The translations under genes and the position numbers were made by a program. A stretch of 64,000 bases of DNA. Origin: Eledone cirrhosa (Eukaryota). Where the stretch lies: positions 151,652,001 through 151,716,000 of the forward strand of contig OZ024740.1 of the NCBI GenBank assembly GCA_964016885.1, given 5' to 3'. The notes beneath the pieces were generated by a model. The model was not told the DNA's origin and did not search any database. It saw only the letters and a list, made by a program, of their open reading frames with translations. Position 1 is the stretch's first letter. Each line of letters opens with the position of its first letter. Shown one piece after another: positions 41,841 to 55,969 of the stretch.

Positions 41841-42342
41841 GAGAGAGAGAGAGAGAGATTTAACGAGTATTAAACTAGTACTCGATACTTGGGATAGTGG
41901 AGTGTGACTATATTAGAAGACCTGGAATTAGCTGTCAAAACGGGCAAGAGCTCAGCCGTCGGGCCCTGGCGCTTTTTAAGGATTTCAGTTACATATACTT
42001 ATATGTATAAAGAGATAGATAGAGGTAGGTATATATTTATATATATTTTAATACCACCGCACTGAAAGTGCATCATTGATTCGATGTCCTAAGGATAGTT
42101 TTCACACAAGTAAAATTGGTTACCATGTTTTTATGTGGTGACTGTCAGTCTTTGGAATAAAATAAATGTTGTAGAAATATGTAATGGAATAGAATGGACC
42201 TACTTCGGTTTTGACGATGCGTGTTCCACTTATTCAATCGACGGAATATCTTGCTTATAAAATTACCGTGCAAGTGGGTGACATTACATAAAGATTCAGC
42301 GCGAAAAAGTGTTTAGCAAGGATGATTCTTTGAATCACATAT
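41588..42342. mobile_element. Element with ~165-bp inverted arms enclosing microsatellite and a family B fragment
   Basis: 41588-41758 is approximately the reverse complement of 42174-42342. Confidence 0.75.
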
Positions 42343-42349
42343 ATATATA

Positions 42350-42396
<47 letters not shown>

Positions 42397-42525
42397 GTGT
42401 GTGTATGTGTGTGTGCGTGTGTGCGTGTGTGTGTGTGAGCGCGCGCACAAACACATACACACTTATATATAGTTACATACACACAAACTTATAAATATAT
42501 ATATATTTATATATGTGTGAGTGAA

Positions 42526-42564
<39 letters not shown>

Positions 42565-42607
42565 CATGTATATATATATATATATCATGTATATATATAT
42601 ATATATC

Positions 42608-42643
<36 letters not shown>

Positions 42644-42665
42644 TGTGTATATATATATATATATC

Positions 42666-42703
<38 letters not shown>

Positions 42704-42887
42704 TGTATATATATATATATATCATGTATATATATATCATGTATATATATATCATATATATTTATATATCATATATATATATATATATATCATGTATATA
42801 TATATATATCATGTATATATATATATATATATATATCATGTATATATATATATATCATGTATATATATATATATATATCATGTATAT

Positions 42888-43021
42888 AACGAAGGAAATG
42901 TGGTAAGGAACCAGGTGGACCATAACGCACCAAAGTACTCAATACTTGAGGTAGTAGAGTGGGTAATAGGAACCAGTAAGACCCCGACAGCTGAGCTCAA
43001 GCCGTTTCGACGGCTAATTCT
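42888..43021 (-). mobile_element. Family B single arm
   Basis: Near-identical to 35934-36067; ends at the same gacggctaattct position. Confidence 0.85.
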
Positions 43022-43043
43022 ATCATGTATATATATATATATC

Positions 43044-43187
<144 letters not shown>

Positions 43188-43199
43188 CATATATATATA

Positions 43200-43307
43200 C
43201 ATGATGTCCCAAAAAATGTATACACTAAGGCTATTCATTCTGATAAATATGATAAATAGTGCCTGTAGAAATAATCAAAGTGTATATACATTTTTGGGGA
43301 CACCCTG
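43200..43307. mobile_element. Small Tc1/mariner-type MITE
   Basis: TIRs catgatgtcccaaaaaatgtatacact / agtgtatatacatttttggggacaccctg. Confidence 0.7.
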
Positions 43308-43323
43308 AATGTATCTCTCTCTC

Positions 43324-43464
<141 letters not shown>

Positions 43465-43779
43465 TGTATAGGTACAGTTAGCTGATAGTTTTATTACGTT
43501 CAGACATTAGTGAGTTACGAGAAACTATAAACACTGTCTCATTGGGCTTCAGAATATCGAAAATTATTCAATTATTATTTTTGTGTATTTACGACATACA
43601 ATGCAACTAGCGTCATAATGGAAAATGTTGGAAAACGTTCGAAATTCGTTCGAAAATATATAATTATTGTATTGAAGAAGCAGTCGATCATATAATTGGC
43701 AGAGCGTTATGCTTATATAAAATCCCGCTGTGTTTCTTGTTACTGGATTCTAGCTATGTAAAAAAATATACAATCTTAA

Positions 43780-44420
43780 GCATTATGGGTAGAATTTAAT
43801 TGCTAATCCGCTTCTTCGAAGGGGTTTATTTCTAGATACGCAGCCAAACGATCCTTCTACTGTTTAATGTACTTCTGGAAAACATCCTCCGGAATGAATC
43901 TCAGCTCTGCCGTCGCATCCACATGTTGTCCTCTCGGCTTTCAAACTGATATCCTTTCAGTGGCATTAATATTTTGGGAGAATAACAAGGTCAGAAAGAT
44001 CTATTTCTGAAGAGTAAAGAGCCTGATAAATGAATGGAATGCCTTTTTTTATTCATAAATCTTGGATTAGTGGCCACAAATGAGCTGTGGCGTTGTCATG
44101 ATGAAAATACTAGTTTTGCGAGGCCTAGTGATCTGATCTCTTGCACTAACCTCTACCCCGAAGACGTTGGATGACTTTCTTTAGTCCTTTATAAATGTTT
44201 GTTCTTCTGGTGCGTATTTGTGATGCACAACGCTTCTGTAGTCGAAGACAACAGTCAGAATCATCTTGATTTTTGCTCTGCAACTGACGTACTGTATGGG
44301 GCTTTAGTGGCATGATGACTGAGCTTTGGTTTTCGGGTCATATCGATACAGCCATACCTCATCTCCAGTTATTACACTTTTTAGACACTCAATATCCTTG
44401 ATTGCAGTATCGTACTAGAT
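43780..44420 (-). pseudogene. Mariner transposase remnant (DD34D region)
   Basis: Minus frames read LKSVITGDEVWLYRYDPKTKAQSS, KIKMILTVVFDYRSVVHH, FHHDNATAH and a degenerate DL...DL.ILPK. Confidence 0.85.
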
Positions 44421-44610
44421 GAGAAAAAATACATGTGTATGAATGTATGTGGCGAAACTCTGCCAACATGTTTACTTAACATCATTACTTCTCACGAGGC
44501 ATCTTATACGTGCTAGTTAGGGGTGGTGTTTAATCGACTTCTGCCTCTCCCAAGTTCGTAGCCTATTGAATATATAAAAAAATTAATATCCATATGATGA
44601 TTTTGTAATA

Positions 44611-44800
44611 ATTGTTTCTACTTTTGGCACAAGGCCAGCAATTACCCAGTGCATTACTGGTACTTTATTTTATCGACCGCGTAAGGATGAAAGGCAAAGT
44701 TAACCTCGGCGGGATTTGAACTCAGAATGGCAAGGGCCGTAACTCTATGCGTCAAAGCATGGCGTCCGACCCTCTACCGATACTGCCAATCCACCACCAT
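44611..44800 (-). mobile_element. SINE S1
   Basis: Same consensus as 26655-26834 and 28527-28712. Confidence 0.88.
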
Positions 44801-46434
44801 TTAATAATGATAAAGGTAAATGAATAATATAATCTATGTGTATGTGTATGTGTATGTGTGTGTGTATGTATGTGTGTACGTGTATATGAGAGTGTGTATG
44901 TGTGTGTGTGTGAAGGTGTTTTTGTGTGTTTGTGTTGAACATCTTTTGGTTCTGACGATTTGTGTGATCAGCGGAACTGTCTGATCATGAAAAATATACG
45001 TGAAGCCGTCTGTAGAATGCTCAGTCACTTACACGTTACTTCCATAGAAGATTGTTCTGTTGATCGAACAACTGGAACACTCTTCGACAAAATCGACACG
45101 AGTGTATTCAATGTTGTGACATTTATAACCTCTCAAGAATCGAACTCTTCAGAAAAAATACAATTTCAAATAAAATTATGTTGATCGTGGTTCTGTATGA
45201 ATTTCCATCAATCTTATAGTTTACAAAACAGACATAGAAATTTCAAGAGCATTGTAAGTATATATTATACGTTAACTTTACAAACACACACATAGTCTCT
45301 TGTCAAAAAGCACATATATTACTCTACGCCTCGCCAACTTACATATATTATACATATTTTCTCATAGGCCTACTCGATCAGAGCAAGACGACAACAACAT
45401 TCTAACAACAACATGAATGTCTCTCAATAGAATACCAAAGAATACAAACAAGCAAACAAACAAAAATACCCTCAAAAGTGGAAGAGCGGAGAAATCTATC
45501 TGCTTCCGGTAAGTAATGTTGGTTGGTATAAAATTTTCTGTTGCTTGTTACCATCCACTTCACTGCCATTTTCTTTTGTTTTCTTTATATTTATTTGTTG
45601 TTCTATGGGGAGGGGGGATTTAAATTACTAGACGAGTAAATGTGAAATAATAAAACATCACTTTGTGACATCAGCAACGAAGTTTTATTGCTTGCAAATG
45701 GTTTACAGGAGATTTGATTTGATTAGGAAATTTACTAACTAGATTAATGGAAGGATGTAAGAACGAAGTATCAATAATAGTGTGCCAAAGAGAAGATAAG
45801 TCGAAAGCTATAGGAGGCGTGAAAGGAAAGGAGTGGGTATGAACAAGAGAAAGGGAATGAAGTAGAAGTGGACTTGCTTGATGTTAAGAAAGCAGTTTAT
45901 TATATGATGGCATTTTGAGAAGTGGTTGGTGAGAGTGCTTAAACTGGTGGTGCTGGTATTGCTGGTGTATGGGTGTGACTGATTGCCTTATTGTTTTACA
46001 GTGTGGGCGTAGTGTGTGTGTTTCTATTGTTTTGTGTGTGTAGTAGTATGCACAGTGTGTCTATATAAGTCAAAGAAGAGGTGACAGCATGTTTATGAGT
46101 GTGTTTGGAGGCAGGTCAACGGATTGTGCATGCGTTTGTGTACTTTTATTTGTGTTTTTGTGTAGTGTGCACGATCGTAATGTCACGACTTCGCTTCCCG
46201 GTGGCTACTTAAATCTTGAGCAAGACTGCTACAGTTCATTCAGCTGACGAAAATAAATTGTAATTCTAACTAAAAGCGCTAGTCTTGTCACGCTGAATCT
46301 TCAAGAGGACGTCTGTGTGTGTGTGTGTGCGCATGTGGATATATGTGTATCGTAACAGTCCATGTAAGTGTGTACGCGTGCAGTAAGTGTATTATATGGG
46401 CGGAGCAGTGTTTCTGTATTTGTGAGTGACAACC

Positions 46435-46466
<32 letters not shown>

Positions 46467-46689
46467 GTTAGAGAATTGGATTGGCAATCGTGAGGTTGTG
46501 AGTTCGATTCATGGACCAGGCTATGCGTTATATCCTTGAGTAAGAGACTTTATTTCACGTTGCTCCTTCTACCTGGAGTGCGACCGATAGATAGAATTAG
46601 CAATTGGAAAGACCAACGGAAACATTGTTTCCTCGGTCCGATTTGACGAAAGTCGATCGTTCCTATATATATATATATATATATATATA

Positions 46690-47359
46690 TGACGATAGCT
46701 AATAAGCTTGAAACTAGTACATCGTTCCTTTGTCAGTGTTGAACAAAAGGGCAACGATGGTTGCTAAACACTGCACGGCTTAATTCGGGATGTTTGTTTA
46801 CAAATACACTGTGCATTGTAATAAATGTTCGGTAAATCCATACGTACATATATATATATATATATGTGTGCATACAAGTATATATATACATACTACTGTT
46901 CGTCTGTATGCATATGTGTATGTACGTATACATACTTATATTTAAGTAACAGCCGTACTAAGAGTGAGAAATGAAACTTCGTTTCATTTTTCCGTTTATC
47001 GTTTTCGGTGCGCCCGGCCGATTAACTTACTCGATATGCAAATTAGGCTGCTCAGCCGTTAATATGCATAAGGAAAGTATATACTTTCAGACGTTCAATC
47101 ATCTGGCAGGAAGGTATACGGTGCTGACGATAGCTAATAAGCTTGAAAATAGTACATGGTTCCTTTGCCAGTGTTGAACAAAAGGTCAACGATGGTTGCT
47201 AAACACTGTACGGCTTAATTCGGGATGTTTGTTTACAAACACACCGAGCATTATAATAAATGTTCGGTAAATCCATACGTACATATATATGTGTGCATGT
47301 ATGTATATATATTCATACTACTGTACGTCTGTATACATATGTGTATGTACGTATACATA

Positions 47360-47362
<3 letters not shown>
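46690..47362 (+). mobile_element. Retrozyme/pLTR-like element family I: 435-bp monomer plus partial repeat, hammerhead at each junction
   Basis: 46691-46940 repeats at 47126-47362. Consensus acggtg-CTGACGA-T-AGCT-aata-AGCT-T-GAAA-CTAG-TA-catcgt; (TA)n on both sides. Confidence 0.85.
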
Positions 47363-47450
<88 letters not shown>

Positions 47451-47680
47451 CTATTTATTTGCCACGCGGGCCCAAAAGAAGGGGATAAATACACAGGGGG
47501 GAGTTTACATAAATGCGAGTAAAGAAAAAAGGAATAACAATAAGAATAATATAATAATAAAAAGTCCCCAAAAGGGAGGGGGCGTGTTGGGGATTGCACA
47601 TACCCCCGAAAAGTGTGCAACCCTTTTCCCGGGGGAAGCCCAGAGAGGAGGTGCTCCCCCTTTCCTCTTCACTTCTTCAC

Positions 47681-50600
47681 CTACAGAACAATGTAGAGAG
47701 AAGGCCCATTTACACGAGCCATTCTCGCCATTTTCACCCACCTTTCATAAAACTGTCTGGGGCCAAGCATTTCTCTCTCCATCCTGATCCTTCTTCCGAA
47801 GTGGTATCGGAAGAAGTAACCAGGTGTTGGTTGGAGAGAAAGTCACCCGACCTCAGACCTTTCAGGCGCGTCCACCGAAAGACCGCCTCTGCTTCATTTC
47901 TGAAGGGAGGAGGCGGCTTGATGTTCACCACGGACTCGGCGGCCAATCGAATCGGCGCCACACTCGACAGCAGTCGTTCGACGTAGCCCCACAGATCGGC
48001 AACGCCCGGGCAGTGTACCAGTGCGTGCGCAACGGTTTTCTCGTCGCGCACGCATCTGGGACAGATCTTTTTCTCGCGGGATCCCTGCCCGGGCGCCCGT
48101 GTCTGCAGAGCTTTTCTCGAACAGGCAGAGTCCCCCGGTAGCACTGCCAGGCTAGGGACCTCTGGAAGTTGTCCATGGGTCCCGGGCCGAAAGTTCTACC
48201 GAACAGGCTGGCCAGTTTGTCCTCCTCCATGCCTAGAGACTCTCCAAGGGTGTCGTCGCCCCTGCTAGCCACCAGCCCTCTATAGAATGTCGAGATGGAT
48301 TCTCCACTGATAATTGGGTCCGCTTGCCAGAGAGCCGTGAGCGCCTGGGCACACTCGGTGTGCCAGTTGCCCAGTTTTCTCGGTCTTTGCTTCACCCAGG
48401 ATTGTAGCTCGGTGAGCGAGACGAGCTGTGGAAAGGCTCGCTTCACAAACGAGGCCCACACCGGCTGACCGGTGAGGAATACCTGTAGATGCCGTAGCCT
48501 CAATGCGTGCCTACGGAACAACAGGCACGGCATACCCAGCCCTCCTTTCGAAGGGTGCTGGCAGCAGATGAATCTCCTCACCATGGGAGGCCGCTTCTTC
48601 CAGAGGAACTGGAAGAGCATGTGCTCCATGATGGTGAGCGTTTCCTTAGGGCAAGGCACGACGGTCAGGCGGTAGTAGATGACGGACGCTATGTAAGCGT
48701 TCGCCACCTCCGCCCGACCTTTCAGTGATAGTTTGCACTTGGCCCACTTCTGGGTCAGCGCAAACACCCTGCTCGTCACCTCGCCCCAATTCTTCTCCAC
48801 CTGGAGGTCCGGTCCGAACCAGACCCCGAGCAGCTTCACCGGGCCCTCCGTCCACCGTCCGACGACACCGTCTAACGGCATCGGTTTGCCCCCCCCCCCC
48901 CGTTCCGACTTGCAAACCGACTGACTTGTCCCGGTTCAGCCTAGCCCCCATCAGCCTTTCGTATTCCTCCAGTAGGGTGGCGATCGCCACGATTTCCGAG
49001 GCGTCCGCCACCATTACTGTTACGTCGTCGGCATAGGCCGAGACCGCTTTGTGCAATCCCGGTTCCAGGGGTATGCCCCGCAGCAACTCCAACTTCCGCA
49101 GCAGTGGCTCGAGAGCCAATACGTACAGAATGGAGGAGAGGGGGCACCCCTGCCTGATGGACCGGCTGATTTGAAACGGCTCCGAGAGGTAGCCGTTTAA
49201 CCCTAGAGCAGACGTTGCCACTGTGCATGGCAGAAATCCCCCCCCCCTGAAAACGGGTCCGAAGCCCGCCGCCGCTAGCACCGCATCCAGGTAACCATGG
49301 TCGACCCTATCGAACGTCTTAGATTGATCCAAGTTGATCAGGGCCCCACCAAAGCCGGGTTCGTTCCCAACCCTCTCTACGATGTATCGCATGAGGTGGA
49401 GGTTGTCGTGAATGGACCTGGACGGGATAGCGCATGACTGCGCGTCTCCCACCAAGCAATCCACCACAAGCGCCAACCTCTTCGCTAACACCTTGGCCAA
49501 AATCTGTAACTCTGCATTCAGCAGAGTTATGGGCCTAAAGTTACTTAAGTCGTCCCCCTTGCTCTCGTCCTTCCTCACTAGCGTGACTACGCCCTTGGTC
49601 ACAGAACAGGGAATTCTCCCGTTCTGTTGCCAGTTGCAATAGACAGCCTCGAGGAGTTTGGAGAACAAGATCGGCATAGCTAAATAAAGTTCGTATGGTA
49701 GACCATCGAGACCCGGAGATTTGCGCCTGCTGCATTGGCTGAGCGCTTCCCCGATTTCAGTGGCTGTGATTGGCTTTTCGCAGCACTCCGCTTCGCCGCT
49801 CGAAAGACGCGGTAGACCGTCGAGGTATGGACCGAAGTCAACATCCCCGCCGCCTCCGAACGGTCGAGCAAAGTGCCTTTAAAAGGCCTCGCACATCCGC
49901 TCAAGTTCAAGGATCACCCGTCCATCCTGGTCTCGCAAAGACCGAATGGTGGATTTAATCCCACTCTTGGCTTCTGTCACGCGGGCCCTAAACAGCTTTG
50001 GTCCCCTCGTTTCCTAAAGCACGTATTTTACTTCGGACAACGCAGCCTTCGTGCTTCGCGTCAAAGAACTGGCACAACGCCGTTCTCGACGCTAACACTC
50101 TGGCCACGTCTCCGCTCATAATCGCCTCTTCTAGTTTATCTGTCAACTCCCTTTCCCTCCTATTTTTATTCGCCGCTAGTTCCTTACTGTAATCTATCGA
50201 ACTTACTCTAATCTCTCTCTTTAGAGATACCCACCACCTGCTGTTGACGATCGCACCCGTCACCGCATCTTAACTAAGCTACTAATCCGGTTCCTGTAAG
50301 CTTCCTTTGCCGGCAAGGACAAGTTCATCTTCCAGTAACCGGGACCCTGTCTATGCGTTCTATCAAGGTTGACCACGCAGGTCACTAATTTGTGATCTGA
50401 ATAGCCAACCATGAGCAATTCTGGACAACTAAATATGTCCCTATCCTTACTCCTAACCAAAAACCTATCTAGGTACGATCTAGATTGACCACTGCGGTTT
50501 GCCCAGGTCCAGGTTGGCACAGTTGGAAAATCTAGTCGAAATCTATCGACCAGGTCGTATCGATCGAGTAACCCCTTGAGGCTGCTACACCCCCCCCCCC

Positions 50601-51076
50601 CTATCGGGACATGCCCCTGCATAGTCCCAACGCGCATCTAGGATTCCATTCCAGTCCCCCACTAAAAGCAGGGAACGCGACGTTCCTAGAAAAGTCTCCA
50701 GACGCTGGAAGAAGTCGGCTCTTTCAGCCCCGAAGGGGGCATAAAGACTGACCAGTCTGAAAGCCCCGCCTTCACCGCCTCCGACGTCCAGCACCAGTAA
50801 TCGACCCCCGGGTCCGAGTGAACAATCTGTACGTTTATCCAGCCAGACGTTTATCCAGCAGTACGGCAACCCCACCCCGCCTCCGGGTTGACAGAGAAAT
50901 GCGTGCATCTCAAAGTCATCGAAGGCGGGAGCCAGCTGTCGCACGCTGCTGATCCGACTCTCGCAAACAACCATCACATCTATACTTCGTTACCGGAGGT
51001 CACTTAGAAGCTTTGCTTGCTTCCAAGCTGAGCCCAGGCCACGCGCATTCAAACAACCAACTCTCAGTTGATCTAT
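47681..51076 (-). pseudogene. ORF2: AP endonuclease, reverse transcriptase, C-terminal zinc knuckle (frameshifted)
   Basis: CLNARGL, VSLYAP, LVGDWN, SYLDRF, GYSDH, PGLDGLPYELY, NFRPITLLN, LDQSKTFDRV, IRQGCPLS, YADD (49024-49035), KLLGVWFG, GGLG and CPRC..E.TVAHALVHC. Confidence 0.93.
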
Positions 51077-53075
51077 TTTGGTGTTGAAAGTGAAGAAAGA
51101 AAAGCACCTACCTCTCCGGGTTGTGTAATTTCCATGGGGTCGGGTGTGTTGGGTGGAGGGATATTTTGTGGTGGTGTGGGTGTATCCGAGTGTGGTAGGG
51201 TTGGGGTATTTGGAGTTGTGTCAGGGAGAGAGGAGGTTATGGGGAAATCTTTCAAGAGGACGCGATTTAACGGTTTTAAAAAGGGGGGGGCTCACGTCCT
51301 GTTTAAATTATTCTTTTAAGGAACGATAAAGGTCCAGAGGGACGTTTATCATTTTTAAATGGGTGAAGTTCTCTGTTGAGATAAAGTTTGGCCCTTCGGT
51401 CTGCACCAAAGTTTATTAATTTAAACAGTTTTTTGTTTTCTTTATTTATATATGTATATGTGTTTTGTAAAGTCTTTTTTTTGTGATGCTGTCAATGTTT
51501 CGAAGGGGGGAGGCGCACATTTATTTTTGTTTGTCGTGGGTGGGGTGTTTTTGATTGGAGTTGGTGTTTGTGTGTGGGTTATTTGTTTTGTGGTGTGCCG
51601 GGTGGGTGCTTTCGTTTTTTCCTTTTAACTTGTCTGAAGGCTTCTCCTCCTTCTTCTTCAGAAGTTGGGGGAAAACTCTTCAGCGCTAGGTGGGAGGGAC
51701 GTGGTGTCTGGTTGTTGTTTTTTGCGGGAGGGGTAGAATTGTTGCTGTTTTTTTTATTTTTTGTTTGGAATGTGTTTTATGGTGGTGGTGGTGATGTTTG
51801 TGTCGTGCTTGTGGTTGGTGATGGTGGTGGTGATGTTTGTGTTGTGCTTGTGGTTGGTGATGGTGGTGGTGATTTTTGTGTAGTGCTTGTGTTTTGTGGT
51901 GTCTGTATTTTGTTTGCTGTGTGTGTTGATGGTGTTAGTGTATTTTTGGAGGTGGGTGGTGTTGGTGTACTGTTTGTGGTGGGTGTGGGCAATAGTCCTT
52001 TTTGGGGGATACGATTCGGGCAGTTAGCCTTAACGTGTCCCCTTCCATGCATGAATAGCATGCTGGTCTTCTCCCCTCTACAATTATATATATTGGGGTG
52101 AGGTCATCCAACCAGATGCGATCCGGGATTTGCGCTATTCTTTCGGGCCTCATTTGTACTAGTAGGTCGAGGCCCATTCCCAGGAACGCATCTCCAGATG
52201 CCTTCCCCATTGACAGCACTGTGTCCTCGCCCATGTCTATGAAGCCAGCAATAGCCCACCAGAAGTCGATTATGGGCAGCATTGTCTGTATTTTGATTCT
52301 CTGAGTTCTTCTACCCATGTAGGAGGGATAGAAGCTGTATGCTGTTGATGTGAGTGGGCTTACGGAAAGCCTCTGTGCTGTTTCTTTGTCTTTTGTTAAA
52401 CAGAAATGCTGCCATAGAGTCGGTCCTTTCGTATGAAGAGAATATTCTTCATATGGTCTTTTAGGACCAACTCTATCTCCCTTTGGGTGGGCTGTGCTGG
52501 CTTCCTTGTGTTGTTTAGGATTGTTCTAAACAGAACAGTCTTTTCTTGTCTCGTTTTCTTGAATTCTGGGGGGGAATTAATGGAAAACATTCCGTTCTCC
52601 CCCAAGACTATGTGCTTTTTTGCTTCTGCCAGTTTCTCTCTGGCGGCAGTTAAGTCAATAGGTGTATATGTGATTGATTTTTTTGTTGTCTGGGCGAAAG
52701 TTGTTTTTGTTGTGTTTGTGTTATTCATGTTGGTGTATTCGTTCACATTTTTTTCCCTTTGGGGTTAGACTCCATTTTTTCAAAGTCTTCACTTATATTT
52801 TCATTATCCAAGAGACTTGTAGTCACAGCTACTACTTCTCTTTCACCTTTGCTGGTGGGCGTGGCGCCGTGAAAAGTCGAAACGGCATCCATTAATTTTG
52901 GCAATTTCTCCGAGTTAATTTTTTTTCACATTTTTTCATTAGGGTTAGGTTCCATTTTTTCAATGTTTCTAATAAGCATTATTCTTTCAGTAGGGTGGCT
53001 TGTTGCCTCAGCTACCCGCTCTCCTTCAGTTTGTGTAGTGGGCGTGTCATCGTTACCTGTGGTAATGGCTTCCAT
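51073..53075 (-). pseudogene. ORF1: gag-like protein with CCHC knuckle and Pro/Thr-rich tail (frameshifted)
   Basis: Joining frames gives VEGRRPACYSC/HGRGHVKANCP (CX2CX4HX4C), a 39-bp repeat SPPPSPTTSTTQT, and an ATG at 53075. Confidence 0.8.
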
Positions 53076-53699
53076 TACCACTAGCGTAGAGACAATTGCA
53101 AGATTTTTAGGATGAAAAATTTCACCCCAAAAGGGGTAAAATAAATTAACCCTAATGTCCGAAAACCCAGGCAAGGGGGTTAATTAACACAATAACGCAA
53201 GAATACAGACAAACACTTACTGTTAACAGGTAATATCTCCAATATTCGCGGAGTCGATGTGAAGAACGTCTATGCCATCCGGAGATAGATAGATAGATAT
53301 GTGTGTGTTGGTTGCGGGGGGAATTTGTGGGTGTTTGTGTTTCGAGAATGTGTATGTGGATGCAGTAATAAAAATGAAATTGTTTCCGGAAAACGTAAAT
53401 AGTTTCGATGAGGTAGTCAACTTTGAATACAGAATTAATATATCAGTAACAATGCTAATAAACAACAGAAGCACAAACACAGCGTGCTTCATAATAGAAA
53501 TGTATACGGAACCGTATAGAATATGTTTATATATAATAAGACTACATAAGTTTCGCTGTGAGTGTTTTAAACTGTGATCATGCCACAGCTATCCCAGTGT
53601 GAAGGCACGAAATACTAGTTACATCCATCTTCAGTGACGTTCATACACTTGGTATTGAGGTAAAATAAGCTTATGGCTTTTTTTCTGCTACTGCTAATT

Positions 53700-53835
53700 A
53701 ATTGTTTCTACTTTTGGCACAAGGCCAGCAATTATCTCAGTGTATTACTGGTACTTTATTTTATCGACCCCGTACGGATGTGGATAAAATAAAGTACCAG
53801 TAATGTACTAGATAATTGCTGGCCTTGTGCCAATT
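53700..53835. mobile_element. SINE S1 3' end with fold-back duplication
   Basis: ttggcacaaggccagcaattatct..actggtactttattttatc, then its reverse complement. Confidence 0.8.
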
Positions 53836-54708
53836 AATACCAGCTCGTCAAGTTCACAATATATGCAAATGAGCATCGCCATACTTTCTTCTTCTTCTTC
53901 TTCTTCTTCTTCTTCTTCTAAACATATTAATATGTAGAAGTTGTAACTCAAGTAGCACAGGTGAAATTCCCAGTTCTTCATTCCTGACGTGCTGACTAAT
54001 CCCGTCGACAGTAATGCACATTTCGATCCCGGCTGTCCGACAGGTACAAGAAGCAGGAAAACCTCGTGTAGCCCTTTTAATTTAAAATGATCCAGTTATT
54101 CTTGATTTATTTTACGTCATAAAAGAGGATTTTTCAATATTCTTAGCATCCATTTGGTCTTCACATCCAACCTCTTTCATTGAGAATATTGTAAAAACAT
54201 AGACATTACAAATATGTGTTATATCTACATTAACACCTCTCTCATTATAGGTTGTCACATTAAGAATAATCCAAGACATTCTTAAAAGACAAATAGAAAT
54301 ACTCGATGTAGTGCAATTTACATTACATTTCTGTAAATTTTGTATATCTTGTAGATCAAAATCTAGATGTGATGAAACAAACCTGACTCCATATTCAGAT
54401 AGAGCACTCTAGAATTAGCTACAATCACCTTAATTACCTATTGCTAAAGAAACTTTATTGAATTTTGTCATGCAGTATAATTAGCCGAACACAGTAATCC
54501 CCAAGCAATGCGCCTTCATCGTGAATATATACACGCTATCAAACACACACTAATATAAACACACCTATATAAATACGCTCTGAAACTTTCACAGACACCT
54601 ATATAATCACTTTCATATGCACACCTACATACATATATACATGCCCACCCACACTTAAACACACATACGTACATTTATACATACCCTTATATACACCTGT
54701 ACACATCG

Positions 54709-54777
<69 letters not shown>

Positions 54778-55662
54778 TGTGTGTATGTATGTATACGTAA
54801 TTACAGTGGAGTAATCCATTATTATGTCTGGTAAATATACTTATACACACGTATATAAACACACAAGTATTCACTTATATGTACACTCAGCTGTAAATAC
54901 AAAATATTAATCCTGAGAAGATTATTCGTTCTATAACAATATTTATGCAGGGGAAACTTCTGCTAGTCTCTTATAATATCTGCCTCACAGATTTCTAAAT
55001 AATTTAGATTTAGTAAATAATTCAAGGAATACCTATATGTTCATCAATCTAAATTAGTTGCTCAAACTGCTTGAAATAGCTGCTGAATATTTGCTTCAAT
55101 AAGGGATAAGCACATTGGATAATGTAGTTCTAGAAATACTATAGTCGTCAGTCGCAATCGACTATAACTTAGTAGAATGTACCTTGGTTTCGCTAATGGG
55201 TCTTAGGTACCCATTTATTCATGAACAGACACATACGTATTCTCGACATTTTCTCCTTGATCCTGCAAAATCTCCAAGATATAACATCTGAAAGAAGAGG
55301 GGACGGCACCAGCCTTGGATTGGCTGAAATAGAAATGGAACTTGGTGGGATTTGAACCCAGAACAAATATCAAATGCTCTAACGCTCAATCAATATACGA
55401 TGTATGGAAATATGACAGATTCTGATCATAAGCCAGCTTCATCAGAGAAGTCGCAGGGCTAAAATCAAACTACAACAGCTAGCTTGGTCGAACAAATTGG
55501 TAATGTGTTCAGTACGAGAAGGAAGAGCCGTTTTCTTTGAACTACTTGAAATATATAGAAACTTTATACGATGGTATATAGCGGTTGGTGTTGTATGTGG
55601 ACGTGGATGTGTTTCTGAATATTCATTTTCTAATTATATTAGACTTCATACGTATACTTTTA

Positions 55663-55735
<73 letters not shown>

Positions 55736-55736
55736 G

Positions 55737-55793
<57 letters not shown>

Positions 55794-55814
55794 CATATAT
55801 ATATATACATATAC

Positions 55815-55904
<90 letters not shown>

Positions 55905-55969
55905 AATAAAAGTATATATATATATATAGGGAGAGAGTGGGGGAGAAAGAGCGAAAGAGAGATTGATAT

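Larger units (their letters stand above)
47450..53223 (-). mobile_element. Near full-length Tx1/L1-type non-LTR retrotransposon (~5.8 kb)
   Basis: Short 5' UTR, ORF1, ORF2 (APE-RT-CCHC), and a 3' UTR ending gtggcaaataaatagaaat next to (TC)n. Confidence 0.92.

Noticed and set aside
45417-45514. Short ATG frame ending at a GTAAGT donor
   Set aside because: A single splice-like motif with no downstream exon or homology evidence.
53940-54075. Unique, moderately GC-rich patch as a possible exon (also 60400-60545)
   Set aside because: No consistent acceptor/donor pair with a recognisable peptide.
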